From NCBI GenBank assembly GCA_951406725.2, contig OX597826.1, positions 29,264,001 to 29,328,000 of the forward strand: 64,000 nt of DNA. Direction: 5' to 3'. Positions 39,267 through 52,932 of the stretch are shown here, one piece after another. The notes below the pieces were generated by a model, which saw nothing but the letters and a program-made list of their open reading frames with translations, did not search any database and was not told the DNA's origin. The position numbers and the translations under genes are program-made. Source of the DNA: Octopus vulgaris (lineage: Eukaryota). Position 1 is the stretch's first letter. Each line of letters starts with the position of its first letter.

Positions 39267-39474
39267 TCATTCACGTGTTGAAAGAATCAACGCAACAATC
39301 AATCCATAGAGTCCCAATACTTCAGCAAAAATGAGAATAAGAATCATTCCGACAAACAACCTGGGTTGTTGAGCTGTTCCTCGCACGCCAGCATCTCCAA
39401 CTATGCCAATAGCAAACCCAGCAGCTAATCCACTCAAACCGACACTTAGACCAGCACCTAAATGAACAAAAGCC
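39267..39474 (-). CDS. ATP6V0C: V-ATPase 16-kDa proteolipid subunit c, exon 3
   Basis: Acceptor tttcag at 39475; (K)[68 protein letters not shown]; proton-carrying Glu (E138) intact. Confidence 0.98.
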
Positions 39475-39749
39475 CTGAAAAATGAAAGAACAAAAAAAAA
39501 TGTTAAAAAAAATTTACACTTACACCAGCAAAATCTTTTAAATGTGTCATATTGCAAGAAATGATTTTACAGAAAGGAAAAGAAAAAAAGAAAAACATTT
39601 GCCACTGTCTGAGATAACATTCAAAACCATGTCCAAAATTGTGAAAGAAAAAGCTTCGGTTTTAGTGTGAAGCTCTGATAATATTTCCATAAGCAAAATG
39701 GGAACGTCTATCACCTGACCTGTTTGAGAGCTGACTATATTAAAATGGC

Positions 39750-39945
39750 AGTGTGTGCATGTGCAAATGTGTGTATGAGTGTGCGCATACGCAAATGTGT
39801 GTACGAGTGTGCGCGTACGTAAATGTGTACGAGTGTGCGTGCAAATATGTGCATGCGAGCAAGCGTATATTCAAGCATGCGTGTGTGTGAGTGCAAATGT
39901 GTATGCGAGCGTGCATGCATGAGTGCTTGTAAATGTGTGTGTGCA
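39750..39945. repeat. Degenerate alternating purine-pyrimidine minisatellite in intron 2
   Basis: Repeats of gcaaatgtgtgtaYgagtgtgcg. Confidence 0.75.
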
Positions 39946-41380
39946 AAACATTTTGTCAGTGGATGAAAAGACTAATCCCACCAGTTTCCTATCCTCACCA
40001 AGTAGGCTGGTCAGCCAGAGTATTTTGCATAAGAAAGCTTAAACAAACAAAGAAACTATTCAAATGTGTTATATGCTAATTTATTCTGAAACAGGGTAAG
40101 CTGAATTGGCTTTTGTTTATCAAAAATGGAAACAGCTCAGATTCATGTGACTTAGTGAAATAAAATTATCTGTTACAGCAGCCTTACGAACCAGAAGCAA
40201 CATATGTAACAGGTCTCTAAGAATATAAAACTAGGACTACAACTTTGACCCACTAAGAATTGAATTCTGTCACTGCTCCGAAGTCCATATTTGTAATGTA
40301 ACCCTATTCTCAAGAGCAAGGATAAAATACCAGATGCTCTTGTAATGGTTTTTTTTTTAAAGCTAAAACTGTTCTGCTTAGTTATCTTAAATAGCAAATA
40401 GGTACAAGCTCTGCAAATGGCAGTGTAGCCCACCCACAATTCAGTATATTTTCTTTTGGCAAATTAGATGACTGCATTAGCCATTTTATTACCATATTTG
40501 TTGATATACAATGCTTTTGTTTCACTTTCTAAAAATATCAAAAGGTTTAATAAAGTAACCTCATCAAATTTTGATGGAAGATTTTAATTTAAGTTACTTG
40601 CATCAAAGATTCAAGGGTTGCCTGATGAGCAATTGTGGGCTGTTCATGACTGACCTTAACGATAAACCTCAAATGGTATTTACACTGTCTCTAAATAAGT
40701 GAAAACAGAAGATTGGTGCTAAAGTCATGAACCCAAATTCTGCAAGAGCTAAGCATTTTTTTGATAATGGTTTAATGAAAAACAGCAGCAGCACATTACA
40801 AGATGTGCCTGTTTCAGAGAGACCCTTTGGGCTGGTGACAAGTTATTCTTAGACAGGAAGTCTAATCTCAATGTTTGCAACAATGCTATCCTCAAGAATT
40901 ACTTAGTTTACATTAATCAGCCTTGATGGCTAAAATAGTTAATCTTTTTGATGCCAACCAACCCAAGGCTACCTATGTGTCTCTGATACAAATTTCCTGT
41001 TTTAAAACAATGTACATTAAAGCTTTCCATTGAACTTCCATGTTAATTTAGGTTCTAAATATCAGTTTTATAACGATAGTTTATTTACTAAATTCTTCAT
41101 TACTTTCAAGATTAAGTGAAATGTAAGCTGTGTATTTTAACAAATATGCTAACAAAAGGATTAAAAAAAAAGAAAAAAGATTTTCGCCTCAAATACAATG
41201 CAAACACACCAGCAATTAGTGAAAACAATTACAGAAGAATGATAATTTTGGATTACTAACTTTTCCCTTGCTAGAAATTTAGAAAACCAAAGATAAAATC
41301 TAAGGGTAGTTGTGGTATATGTCTTTGCAATAATTTTCAATACAACAAACTATAAGGAAAAGAGAAAATAAAAAACTTAC

Positions 41381-41564
41381 TTGAACAGCTTGTAGCCCTG
41401 TTTGATATTGTTAGCAATAAGGACAGCCACAACCAAACCATAAATGGCAAGGATACCAGCCATGACAACTGGAATGATGGATTTCATAATCAACTCTGGA
41501 CGCATGACAGACATGGCTGCAATACCTGTGCCGGACTTGGCTGTGCCATAGGCAGCACCAAGTG
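41381..41564 (-). CDS. ATP6V0C: V-ATPase subunit c, exon 2 (184 nt)
   Basis: ctacag acceptor, gtaagt donor; (A)[60 protein letters not shown](K); phases 1/2 join exons 1 and 3 in frame; absent from the ORF track. Confidence 0.98.
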
Positions 41565-42773
41565 CTGTAGAAGGAAAAAAAAAAAAATTGTTAAAACAAG
41601 TGAAAATTACCTGTCAACACAAAAAGCTTGCTGTAAGCCAATAAAATACCCTTAAACCACAAATTAGTAATGTATTATATATTCACTAAATGAAATATAT
41701 GAAAACAACATCATTTAGATTTGAAATTTGATATGCGACATCAGATCCAACTGTTGCAGAAATTCTAATCAATTCATCTTGAAGATTATGGATGATAATT
41801 TCAAAATCAATCCCAAAAGAAAAGAAAAAGTAAAGAAATAAAATTGAAATACATTAATTAAAAGACAGAATTAGGTTGCAGAAAATTTTATCTTTCAATA
41901 AGAAAGCTAATGGCTTTGTTAAGGCATTGATTAACAGCAGGGAGATTTAAAAAAAACAAGGTTGAAAATAGTAATGGGAAGAGACCTGACATTTAAGGAG
42001 AGGTGTTAGCATGAGGTATTTGAAATGATTGAAAAACCATAACAGTTGCAAATATTAATTTTTTTTTTTTAATGTGACCCTTTCAAATTTGACGATATTG
42101 AGGGCCAATGTTAAGAATGCTTTTTTTTTTCTTTTTACAAAGTTTCAGCAATCACTTAAGTACAAAGAATCCTTCAACCCAGCTTACCAAGAAATTGAAC
42201 TCAACGATCAAAATAACTGATTACCAGCAACAAATCAGGTTTAAAATGAGAACAATTTATTAATATTCTATAAGACAATTTAAACAGTTATCATAACATG
42301 TAGGTTTTGTCATTAATTATATATAACATTTTGTCTAACATAATTCTGGTATCAAAAAAGTTTTAAAACAACGTATAAAAAAAAAAGGTTAAGATACTGT
42401 AAAAGTTGAGCCACCAATTTAGAGTCAAATCTTGATATGAATTGTACCTGCTCCCCATATCTAAACTTGATATAAGCTCTGTCCTAAGTCACACTCTCTG
42501 CTTTCTTTTCTTCGGAAAAAACCCAAGTATAAAATAATGCGACTCAAGTAAATATACTGATTTTTAAATGTAACTGCGTTCCAGTGAAAGGGGTAGCACA
42601 ATTCGGTTTTTATAAAAACCGCCAAGATTTGATCGACCAAACTCTAGTATCAAATTAACAATATCAACAATCAGATCAAATACAATATATAAACAGTCTT
42701 CATGTAACCACTATTCATTAAAAAATTTTTAAATGCGGAAGAAACCCGCGAAAAAGCTACTTAAAAGTTTCAT

Positions 42774-42819
42774 CATATTAAAAAGCTTACAATCACGTGA
42801 TTGCAAGCTTTTTAATATG
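42774..42819. promoter_or_regulatory. 46-bp palindrome centred on TCACGTGA (CLEAR/E-box) in intron 1
   Basis: catattaaaaagcttacaatcac|gtgattgcaagctttttaatatg, one mismatch; the palindrome is certain, the regulatory role is inferred. Confidence 0.5.
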
Positions 42820-44003
42820 TACGTGTGGATTCACTATCACACAACGGGAATTCCCATAAAAATATTGAAAACTTCAGCTCAGCTTAATCATTTAATAATC
42901 AACTAAACTTATTTCACAAGAATGAGCCGAAACGTAGATCTAAACACCAAGTTAACCCTATAATCAAATGACGTTCCGACCGTGACCGTCAACTTTTATT
43001 CAGACAACTATACAAACTCAATCTATATTGTCCCATATGTGCTTCCCTTTAAGAAAATGCAGTGTGAATTGGCTGCAATTTCTAGCAAATTACTCGACCA
43101 CAGAAACACCTCCGCCTGCAAGTCGCCGAATTAGCTGAGCTGTAGTGACGTGGGGAGGGGGAATATAAAGAAAAGCAACCATTTAAATTTTTAATTGTCA
43201 ATTACGATTCTTTATCAATTACAAAATAAAAAAACAATGGGGAATGAAAAGGGAAACGGGCGAGACACTTGCAGCCAAATAACTATTTTTAACAATTTCC
43301 AAATTTACGACTTATTAAAAGCGACAAGCTGGCAGAATCGTTGGCGTATCGGATAAAAGTGTTTAGCGGTATTTTTTACAGTTCTCGACGTTCCGAGTTC
43401 AAATCGTGCTGTAGTCGACTTTTGCCTTTCATCCTTTCAAAGTCGATAAAATAAAGTACCAGAGAAGCTTTGGGGGTCAATGTAACCGACTCGCCCTCTA
43501 CTTCCCTCCTTCCACTCAAAAATGTTGTCTGTGCCAAAATTTGAAAGTTATTGCGTTCCAACTATTTGTTCGCAATATTATAAGTGTGTGTAATTTATCC
43601 CGGAACTTGATCAATGCTAATGTAAATATATAACAGTAAAATTTAATAGACATAATTTGCTGTTATAATTTTTTCAGATTCTAGTAAATTATCTATGAAA
43701 AAAAAAATTGAAACCAAACCCATATTTGATTTAAATAAATATTTGCAAGTTAACCTACTGAAACTACTTTAAACAAAATGTGAAGAATAAAAGGTTCAAA
43801 GTTGAACAAATTATAATAAGAACGACAACAGCCTAACGAAGAACAACGAATATAAACAGTGAAACATTGTGAACACAATTTTAATTTCCATAAATTACAG
43901 GTAGAATTATTAGTTAAATGAGAGAGAGGAATCAATAGCTGACCCCATAGAACAGAAAGAGCCCACGCTGTTATTAATAGAAAGAAAATCGTATCATGTA
44001 CAT

Positions 44004-44206
44004 CGGGGGTCCAAAACCACAGGGCAGCACAGAAAGAATACATTTAAAATTTTTATTTCTGTGTTATTTATTGACTAAAGCAATGATATACGCAATATTT
44101 ATTTATCATATATGTAATAACTAAATTTATATCATTTATTTACTTGGTGTTTTGTTATACGCGTGATTGCCCCTGTCCGTGGTATAGAAAAGGTTGGGGA
44201 CCGCTG
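44004..44206. mobile_element. Degenerate hAT/Charlie (MER1-like) MITE
   Basis: Termini cgggggtccaaaacc / ggttggggaccgctg (11/15 complementary); no TSD recognisable. Confidence 0.45.
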
Positions 44207-47200
44207 ACAAGAGATTGTGAGAAGACCCTCAACGGAACGACAGGTTCTAAGAATCTTTCCTGCTTGTGACACGTCTGCATAATGTATTTCGCCATTAATA
44301 CCCTAACTTCCAAGCAAAAATAAGGGTCAATTATCAAAACAGAGTTAATCTTTACTGACACCCCACCTACTGTTACGTAATATATGCAGAACCTTCCTCG
44401 GCAAAAAACACTGAATTTTTCTTTTCTTTCAAGTTTGTATTTCGATATATTTATACACCCTGCCTTTTCAACTTTTATCCTAGGGAATAAATGTACTCTT
44501 TGTGAAGAATCGCTGCTGGAAAGACTGGTAAGAACAGTAGTTGTTACATCGAGGAACTCTTTAAACGATTTCCTCAAGCTACTGAACCCCTATCTAAATT
44601 TTATGGACTCCACCCACCCATTATCACAACAAACAAAACAAATACAGTCTTTTGAAAAATGAAGACAATATTTTCTTTTTTATTGAAAGAATTAAACGAT
44701 CATAATGGATTTCAGAATTTTTCAGACGCGATGGGTTAGAAAAAACAGGTCAAACCCTGTCTGAGAAAAGTCTATGAGACACCATTACAGGAATAAAATC
44801 TTAAGTGATCACAAGAAATCTTTATGTGAAATGACCAATAACATATGCTAACATATAAGTTTAAATTGTAAACCCCCCACACACACACATGTGATCGTGA
44901 CCGACCAGACAATCGGAAGTTGTTATACATCGCTGGTCACAATGCGCTTTACATCCACTTAGCTTTCTAATGATGCCACCGCGTATGTACGTCAAATTGT
45001 AATAAAACAATTTAACATTAAACTGAAGAAAAATCAATACCTTTATTTTAAGAGTACATAGCTTATCAAATCTTTACAAGGTGGGTGACAGTGAGTTCGA
45101 AGTTTCGGCCTGCTAACCTTCATTTCACACAAACACACACACATGAATATTAAAAAGAAAGGACTTTTACTAATTCAGTTTTATTGATTAAGAATGTGGT
45201 ACACGTCTAAGATGTTTAGAATATGCCACAGCCAAAACATTCTTTCAAAATCAGACATTGATATTAATTCAATCTGAACTTTTCGGAACCTCCATCGAAA
45301 CCCGAAGGGAGTTTTAGATGTGTTAGTAACCCAAAAGAGTTAAAGACACGTCTTCTAGAACCAAAGAAACAACGAAAAAGAATTGCATTACTGATTCTGG
45401 AAAGAAAAACGATGAAGGAAGAAAGTATTTATAATAAATCTATCAGTGAAGAAGAGAGGAAACTGGCCTCCTGAAATTTAGGTCGATCATAAACAGAACC
45501 TCTAAATATCGATTTGTTAATGAGAAATGATGAGATCAGGGAAAGGAGAAGAAACAGGAGTTGCGACATTTATAACCCTCTCTCTATCCACTTAAACATT
45601 ACTCGTCCGAAGTGAAGCAACCGGGAGCTAAATTTAGAATCACATTGGAAAAAAAAAAAGAGAAAACAAACCAACCAGATGCCAGACGAAACCACACTAA
45701 ACTGCATAGCCATACTTGAATATATGTAAAAATAAAATATTAGGTTTTTAATAAGGAGACGTTAAAAGAGATTAACTTGGCCTGCCAGAAATAACAGCTA
45801 AATCTACCTGAAGTGACATATTTCAAAGGAATATATTAGATAATATACGACTGAAAAAGCTGCCAGATGAAATCAGGGGCTGACATGGAATCGGTCAACA
45901 GGTACATTTTTAACAAATTGACCACCACAGCATGTATGAGCAGCATATTTTCGAGAAGCGGGCCGCATGCGACATGGTTCATCATCATGCGAGCCGCACG
46001 ACTACTAAAAAAAAAACCAAGGTAACTTTTTGCTTGGCATTCAGAATGTTCAGTGGACCACATTCTGCTCATGACTGATCTATAGTAATTTCTTACGGAT
46101 TTAAACATTTTAAAAATTACACACCAATAAAAAAAAATCCATCTTTAAAAATAACCATAAACACCCGAAAATTAAATAAGTCAGAAATAGATTACGTCAC
46201 ATCTGTTATAAAGATAAAAAAAACAATCTCATCTTCAAGAGTATTTGATAGCTACCCCCAAAATCTCATGACTAGTACACAATAACATCATATGATCTCA
46301 TTTGTCATATGAATAATGAGGTTCAGTTGTATAATAAAACAAGGATTGGCAAACGAAACGGATGTTTGCACTAAAATTTTATCCCAAAAGAAAAGGTGCG
46401 GTGACGAATATCCCATGACATTCCATCCCCCTATTGGAAAAGTACTACTTTCCAAAGGTTTCCCTTACTAAAAGCACAAGACCTCTTTAAAAAAAAACCC
46501 AGACAAGTGAATTAAGAATAAAATGGCCAACACAGGTTGTTGGGGGTAGAGATTTATGAATTTTCTCTATCTCCCTGATTACGTAAAACCTCTCACAAGA
46601 CTTGTATAGAGAGGGCAATATCCTCGACTCCACCGCCGTAGATATAACGATAACAATCTATGTTGTCATTGTGTGTGTACTTTAAGTTTGGTACTTCACC
46701 GTTCAACCTTTGCTATTTCACCCCGAAAAGTTAGTACTTTGACCACGTTTATCTTAAGAATTGACCTTGTGTTTCAAGAAGGACGGCTGCCGAAAAATCG
46801 AACATGAAAGACCAGATACTTTGTAGTGCACCTGCCCTCATTAACCGAGATGTGCCCAAAATTTCAGCGATAAATATAAGCCACTGAAGCTCGACTTCAA
46901 GCCAACAAGGGAACCTCGACCTACTAGAAAGAGCTTGCCAAATCGACAATACATCCATCATATAAGACAGACACACCGAATAATGTAGTATCAGACATTA
47001 AATCTGGGAGAGAGAAAAAAAAAAGTGGTATTGTCGTGGCCGGAACGCCTTTGATAAATCTGCTAGAGGGGTTAAACTATCATTTCGAAATGAGATTAAG
47101 ATTAGTAGTGGTAGGCCAACGAAAATAAACTGTCCGAAACTTGAATATTTCCTCTCTCGGCAAACCTCCTTCTCAAACAACACTTAAGATTAGATTGTTA

Positions 47201-50200
47201 ATAGTTACAAAGTACAAAATAAATAGGTTTTATTTAAAGTAAATAAAGTGCTGCTATAAACGAAGATATGAATTTAGGTGTGCCATCATTGAAATATATA
47301 CACAGAGAGAGGAGTGAAGATAGATCGACATTTTACGTATGCTAAAAATCCAGTGTTTCTCTTCCGAGTTGAGAGCATGTCGACTGGCCTTCACCTTTGC
47401 TTCAACTCTTCATTTATATCTACAAATAATTCTTTCTCGCCAGACACAAATGCCTGAATCAGTTTTTTCCTTTTTTTCATGTGGTGGTAGTGGGTGTTAG
47501 TCGATAACCATCGATCCTCAGTACTCGACTGGTATTTCATTTTATCGACTTCGAAAAAAAGAGGAGAGACGACGTTTTAACCTCGGCGGGAGTTGAACTC
47601 TAAACGGAAAACGCCGTAACTAAATTCCGCAAAGATCCGTATACGATGTCCTAACAATTCTGCTTATCCACCACCCTTCATACATCGATTAATAAATATA
47701 TATCACTTAGATACTATTGTAGAAAAATATAGTAAGTCCGTAGTCGAGCAAGAATATTCTGGTCGACCTGTTTTCGGAACATCCCATTGTTTCACTCGAC
47801 TGTAAAATATTCTTCGGAAGTGAATGAACGTGACAGGTCTCCGTTCCGGCGGTGTCAGCTAAAATATTAAGAATCTTAAGATGCCTGTGCGAGAAACCAA
47901 TCTCAATACATCAACACGTAACAGCAACCATCTCCAGTGGTTGTGACAGTAGCACACAGCTGAGCACGATAAGAGAGAGAGAGAACCTGTAGCTAGCTAC
48001 TGGGCGAAGCAGCCACAAGATTAAAAATCACCCACCTACCCTCATATCTTACTTCATTTATAGTATTTACAGTAGTCCAACTAAAATATATTAAACGAAG
48101 GGCGAACGAAAGGGAGTCAATAGATAGGAAGAAAGCTGTGGAACAGAAAACATTCGTTCCAAAGAGAATCGACGAAAGAGCGGAAAGAGAGAGAGAGAAA
48201 GAGTGTGTGCGTGAGAGAGAAAAAGAGTGTCTTCACGTGACTTATTAGTATGCCGAATCCCATATATACCCCAGCACCTCACTGGATACTAAGAGAAGAT
48301 TATCACCGACCTCAACATACATTCATTTATAGTAGAAATTTAAGATCCCAATATTTATTTTAACGTCTATTAAGGAATCTACGAGCTTATAAAATATTCT
48401 GTTCCGTTATGGAAGTATTTATATGCGAGATTTTTAGACGTTTCTTGTCTATGAGAACTAGAAACATATAGATACTAGGCAAGCCAGGAATCAGACAGGG
48501 GACTATCTGAAATATGACACTTTTAAAGGGTTATACTGGAGAGAAAACCGCGAATGATCTGTATGTGTGTGTCCCTGCACACACTCGCACACATACAGGG
48601 CCGAGTGCAAAACAATGGATTAAAACAGTGGTGGTGGTGTGTGTGTAGTGATAAAAAATGGTACGAAACCGATTCTGTCCGAGAGAGTATGAGGAGATGA
48701 GTGTGTGGAATGGAAATTAAACAGAGACGAGCATTTATAAAATTATGACGTACTTCCAATTAGAGAGATAAGTAAATGAAAATTAAGGGATCGGGGTAAG
48801 GGGCGGGGATGGTTTATACATTTAAAATATTCCTGCCTTGTTTTAATCAAGAAATATTTATTTACACACACACACACAAACTTCAGGACAGCTATAATTT
48901 AGAACCAAAAAATAACTTAAGGGTAACGATGTTGAAAATTATAACAGGTGTGTGAAACGAGAAGAAAAATATGTTCTAATTAAATATACGATCGACAGAG
49001 AGAGGACTGCCAATGAGTGGGCGTGTGGTTTAGGCTTTGAGAGAGAGAGATGTATATATGTAAAATATATTGTTGAATAATTTGAGATTCTTCAAACTCA
49101 CAAGACAGGCGAACGGTTTCTTTGTCTTCAACCCTTTCCCTCTGTGCCTCATTTCTTGAAAAAACCCAAAAAACCTACTACCCCATATATATTTAAAATG
49201 CTTTCCAGCCTGTCAACATATATATATTTCAAATACAATCACTCTGCTCTCTTCAACTTATGGCGTGACTCGACACTTATTCTACCATAATTACACATTA
49301 TCAGAATTCAAATTAAAAGAAAATAAGACACGTCAATTAAACGGCGTATCTCATCACTCGAACACGAAAAATAATTACTTAACAGTCCTGCTATACATAC
49401 GCACGTGTGTGTAGAATATAAAATAACCATATTTTACTTATTAAAACCCAACTGCATAATATATGCAGATATTACAAGCTAAAAATATACCTCGTCTTGT
49501 ACATGTGTAGACACTTTGGAAATAAAGCGCCTCGCTACCACTACACACACCTTATTATATAATATCTCCATACAATACGCTTGAGTGTATAATGTCTATA
49601 TCTTCATATTAAACGAATATATATTAAATACACCAGCGTAAATGTAAGGGGGTGTTTCTCAATTTTATTTGCTTAAAGTGTTTCCCATCACTCCTGTAAA
49701 CACTTTTCCGAAAGGTATTGGACTAACCAGTATGGAAAGCACCATAAGAGTGTGTATAGGTTTAAAACTTTCAGATTATACACATACACAAAGTATGTCA
49801 AACAAAACCGCAATTAATACCTTAATTACAGTTAAACGGAAACAGACTACAACTGGTTAAGCACAGAGGTGTGACTGTAATTAGGAAAGGGTACGGTTTT
49901 TGACAAGACCCACCGCCCTTCCTCGGCAACAAATTAACGTCTTAAATAAGGGTAGAAGAGCAAAAAAAGATCACATTAGGACACAAAAACCAAAGATAAA
50001 AATTAACCCTACACATCTCATAACTTTGTAGGCAGAAAGATCTGTGTGTGCGAGTGGTTGTATAAGAATGATTATGTCTCAAAAGGAGGAAGAGATGAAG
50101 CGGCTTGGATTGAACAATAAAATGGATTCGGTGCCTTGTACTAGTAATTCTGGATTTAAATCTTGCCGGTATTCCGATGAAATGAACACCAGTAAGACAC

Positions 50201-50277
50201 TGGGAATTGGTATGACAGTAACTACTGCCCCTCCCTCAAGAAACAAAAATAATTGGGCCTCGCGCCTACGCATATGT

Positions 50278-50324
<47 letters not shown>

Positions 50325-50330
50325 GTTGTC

Positions 50331-50517
50331 CTCGCTTTTATGGTCTTAAAATTCGAATTGACCTTTCGGCTATTTTTTACTCATATATATTCATACATAC
50401 ATGGACGAGAGAAAATTCTACACTCATATAGACATATGTGTGAGTGTGTGTATAAGGTATCCTAGGAGTAAAAGCGCAGTCAAAAGACCAATTTGAATTT
50501 AGGACCGTAAAAGCGAG
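50331..50517. mobile_element. MITE-like element with ~40-bp terminal inverted repeats
   Basis: ctcgcttttatggtcttaaaattcgaattgacctttcggct versus reverse complement ctcgcttttacggtcctaaattcaaattggtcttttgact; TA-rich flanks. Confidence 0.7.
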
Positions 50518-52048
50518 TGTATATATGTAAATTATTCAGGTAGCTATTCGCAATTTACAACTCTCCGTCACTTTAGTTACGACTATACTTACATACACAA
50601 ATCATATATATATATATAATGCACAAAGTGGAATGAAAGAAAAAGATCATCAAGAGATATATTGTGTGATAATTGGAACAGCTATTATTTTCTGAACGTC
50701 AGATATAATTAAAATATCGTCAAGTCGTATCTTTGCTGTTCTATCAAACCACCTTAGCGGTGTAGTTTCTTTCCACCCTTCGGTCAGCAGCCCTTGTCGA
50801 AGAAACATTATTATTAACAGGTATTTCCAACCATGACTAACCATATCGTCTTTGATACATCTAAAACTACATTCTTTGAAGTTATCTGGCTTTCTTTCTT
50901 TTTTGTATTTTTCTTACGTTCTAAGAGAGTGGAATGTGATATGAGGGATATTTGATTACCGTTTCCAGCAAAGCTGGACGACCAGTAATAATAGTGACAG
51001 CAACAGCATTGGTTGTAATAATAATATTAATAATTGTCGGTGCCGATAAACAAGGAACGGCCAATCATTTATTTATGTTGATGAGTTTAGTTTCTAGAAT
51101 GGAAACTGACACAGATTGATGTAGGCGGTGGCGGCTACAGTAATAGTAGCAACAACAATGATTTTTATAACATAGGCACAAGGTCACATCTCGGTGAATA
51201 GCGGTGGAGGTGGTGGATAATAGAGAGACTATAGTTATAGATATGTATTGATCACCAATACTAGATTGTTACTAATTTCACTGACCCCAAACAGGATGTG
51301 TGTGTGTGAACAGGGCAATGTCGACTGAAGTGAAAACGTTTAATCAACCTCAGGTCAGCCTTGACTGAGTGGACAAAACCAAACTTATGCCCCCCCCCAA
51401 AGCCGTTCCAGTCGTGACGACAATGCCTCAATTTTTTTTCCCCTTGAAATAATACAAATTTAGTTCTAGGCTACCTAATTCAAGGTAGTCGTTTTGTTGG
51501 CACGGTATGATTTCGCTGCCGTTTCTAAGCTAGTCCACATTACTTGACAGGTGGAACTCCCATGTCAATCCCACACATTCATCCCATGACGAAGGGCGAA
51601 CCAACGGAGTCGACCTAAGCTGGATTCGATCTCAAAATGCAAATGACATTAACTGAAGTTGAACATAAAACAAAATATTAATATTAATAGTTAAAACAGT
51701 ATGATTTCGGCAACAAGCCCTGTAAATTTGATGGTAGGGGTGTCAGTCGATATTATCGACCCCAGTACTAGACTGGTACTTTATTTTATCAACCCCAGAG
51801 GGATGAAAGGCAAAGTTGACCACAACAGGATTCGAACTCAAAACGTAAAGGGACGTAATAAATGATAGGGAACTCGGATCACATTAAATTATTATAATTT
51901 AAGGGCTAAAATAACATTAATAATACTGATCATAGTAATATAAAAAATCAGGACAAAACATTTGAAGCAAAGAAGAAAATTATAATGTAAGTATAGAATA
52001 TTATTAAAGGATATAATTATATAGAATATATGCGTGTTTAAAACTTAC

Positions 52049-52124
52049 CACTAAATACCATTGCTGATGTGGCACCCATTACACCAAAAAACGGCGCATA
52101 AATTGGAGCATCTTCGCTAGCCAT
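52049..52124 (-). CDS. ATP6V0C: V-ATPase subunit c, exon 1 (76 nt coding)
   Basis: Kozak acatcATGG; MASEDAPIYAPFFGVMGATSAMVFS+G then gtaagt; 76+184+208=468 nt = 155 aa plus stop; no upstream ATG until 52403. Confidence 0.97.
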
Positions 52125-52379
52125 GATGTGTGAGTAATTAAGGTTTCAACGATGAACGGGTATATATATATGTATATCTATTGATTATATATCGATAGAG
52201 TGCTAACTATATATATATATAGTAATTATATATATATAGTAAGGTAAGTAATCTGACGATGAATGAACAGGGGTTGTTATAATAAACCTCTGGCTGTGGT
52301 GAAGGTAGCAAGAGACAGGGCAGGGCTGGGCAGGTTCTCTTCAGAGACCAACAACTAAATTGGGAAATATCAAAGACAC

Positions 52380-52552
52380 ACGCAAAAATGGCGCAGTAGT
52401 CATATGATTGTGTTGGTTGGACATGAATTACAACAAATAAAGCATTTTCATTGGTCGGTTATAACCAACCAGAATCACGTTAACCAATCTGGTCGATGTT
52501 AACCAATCAGAATCAGTCTTGTTCTGAAATATACATACACTTCCGTTTCCGC
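52380..52552. promoter_or_regulatory. TATA-less housekeeping-type promoter of ATP6V0C, possibly bidirectional
   Basis: YY1-like AAAATGGCG (52385-52393), E-box TCATATGA (52400-52407), CCAAT boxes (ATTGG 52450, CCAAT 52484 and 52503), ETS-like ACTTCCG (52539). Confidence 0.65.
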
Positions 52553-52914
52553 TTTTATTTTGCTCTCCCATTTCTGTCTTTCTTTCTTTCCTTCTTTCAT
52601 TTTTGTCTCTTTCTCTTTTCCTCTTCGTAAGTTTCAAAAAAAAGAAGGGGGAAAAAAAGAAAATAAGAACCAAATAAAAAACAGCAATTAAAAAAGTAAA
52701 TTTATAAAAAAATAAATGAATAAAAATTCGTATCTCATGCCGCCACATGGCAAAATGTTGAGGTTTCGAACCTAAATCTATTTATTTAGGGTTAAAAAAA
52801 ACCCCAGTCACTTATATATTGTAATAATATTTAATATTAAAAGCAATATCTAGTTATATACATATACTCATAAATATTTATCTGTAAATATTTACCTTGC
52901 TTCCTCATCTCACG

Positions 52915-52932
52915 ATGAAGTTTTCATTTCAG
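52915..52932 (+). CDS. Possible first coding micro-exon of a divergent gene (PWP2-like N-terminus MKFSFQ)
   Basis: cacgATG AAG TTT TCA TTT CAG|GTAAGT; resembles the PWP2 start (human MKFAYR-FSNLLG); exon 2 not found in the window. Confidence 0.35.

Noticed and set aside
39475-39557. N-terminal part of ORF 39267-39557, and of ORF 15729-15992
   Set aside because: Intronic read-through upstream of clear splice acceptors
40620-40660. CTGATGAG (and CTGAAGAG at ~23331, ~33170) as hammerhead cores
   Set aside because: No stem II followed by GAAA
44155-44662. ORFs of 140 and 92 aa in ATP6V0C intron 1 (also 34750-35207, 35506-35790)
   Set aside because: No recognisable domain or splice structure; lengths compatible with chance
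45895-46005. gcgggccgcatgcg / gcgagccgcac GC-rich motifs
   Set aside because: Probably a decayed hAT subterminal remnant; ends not definable
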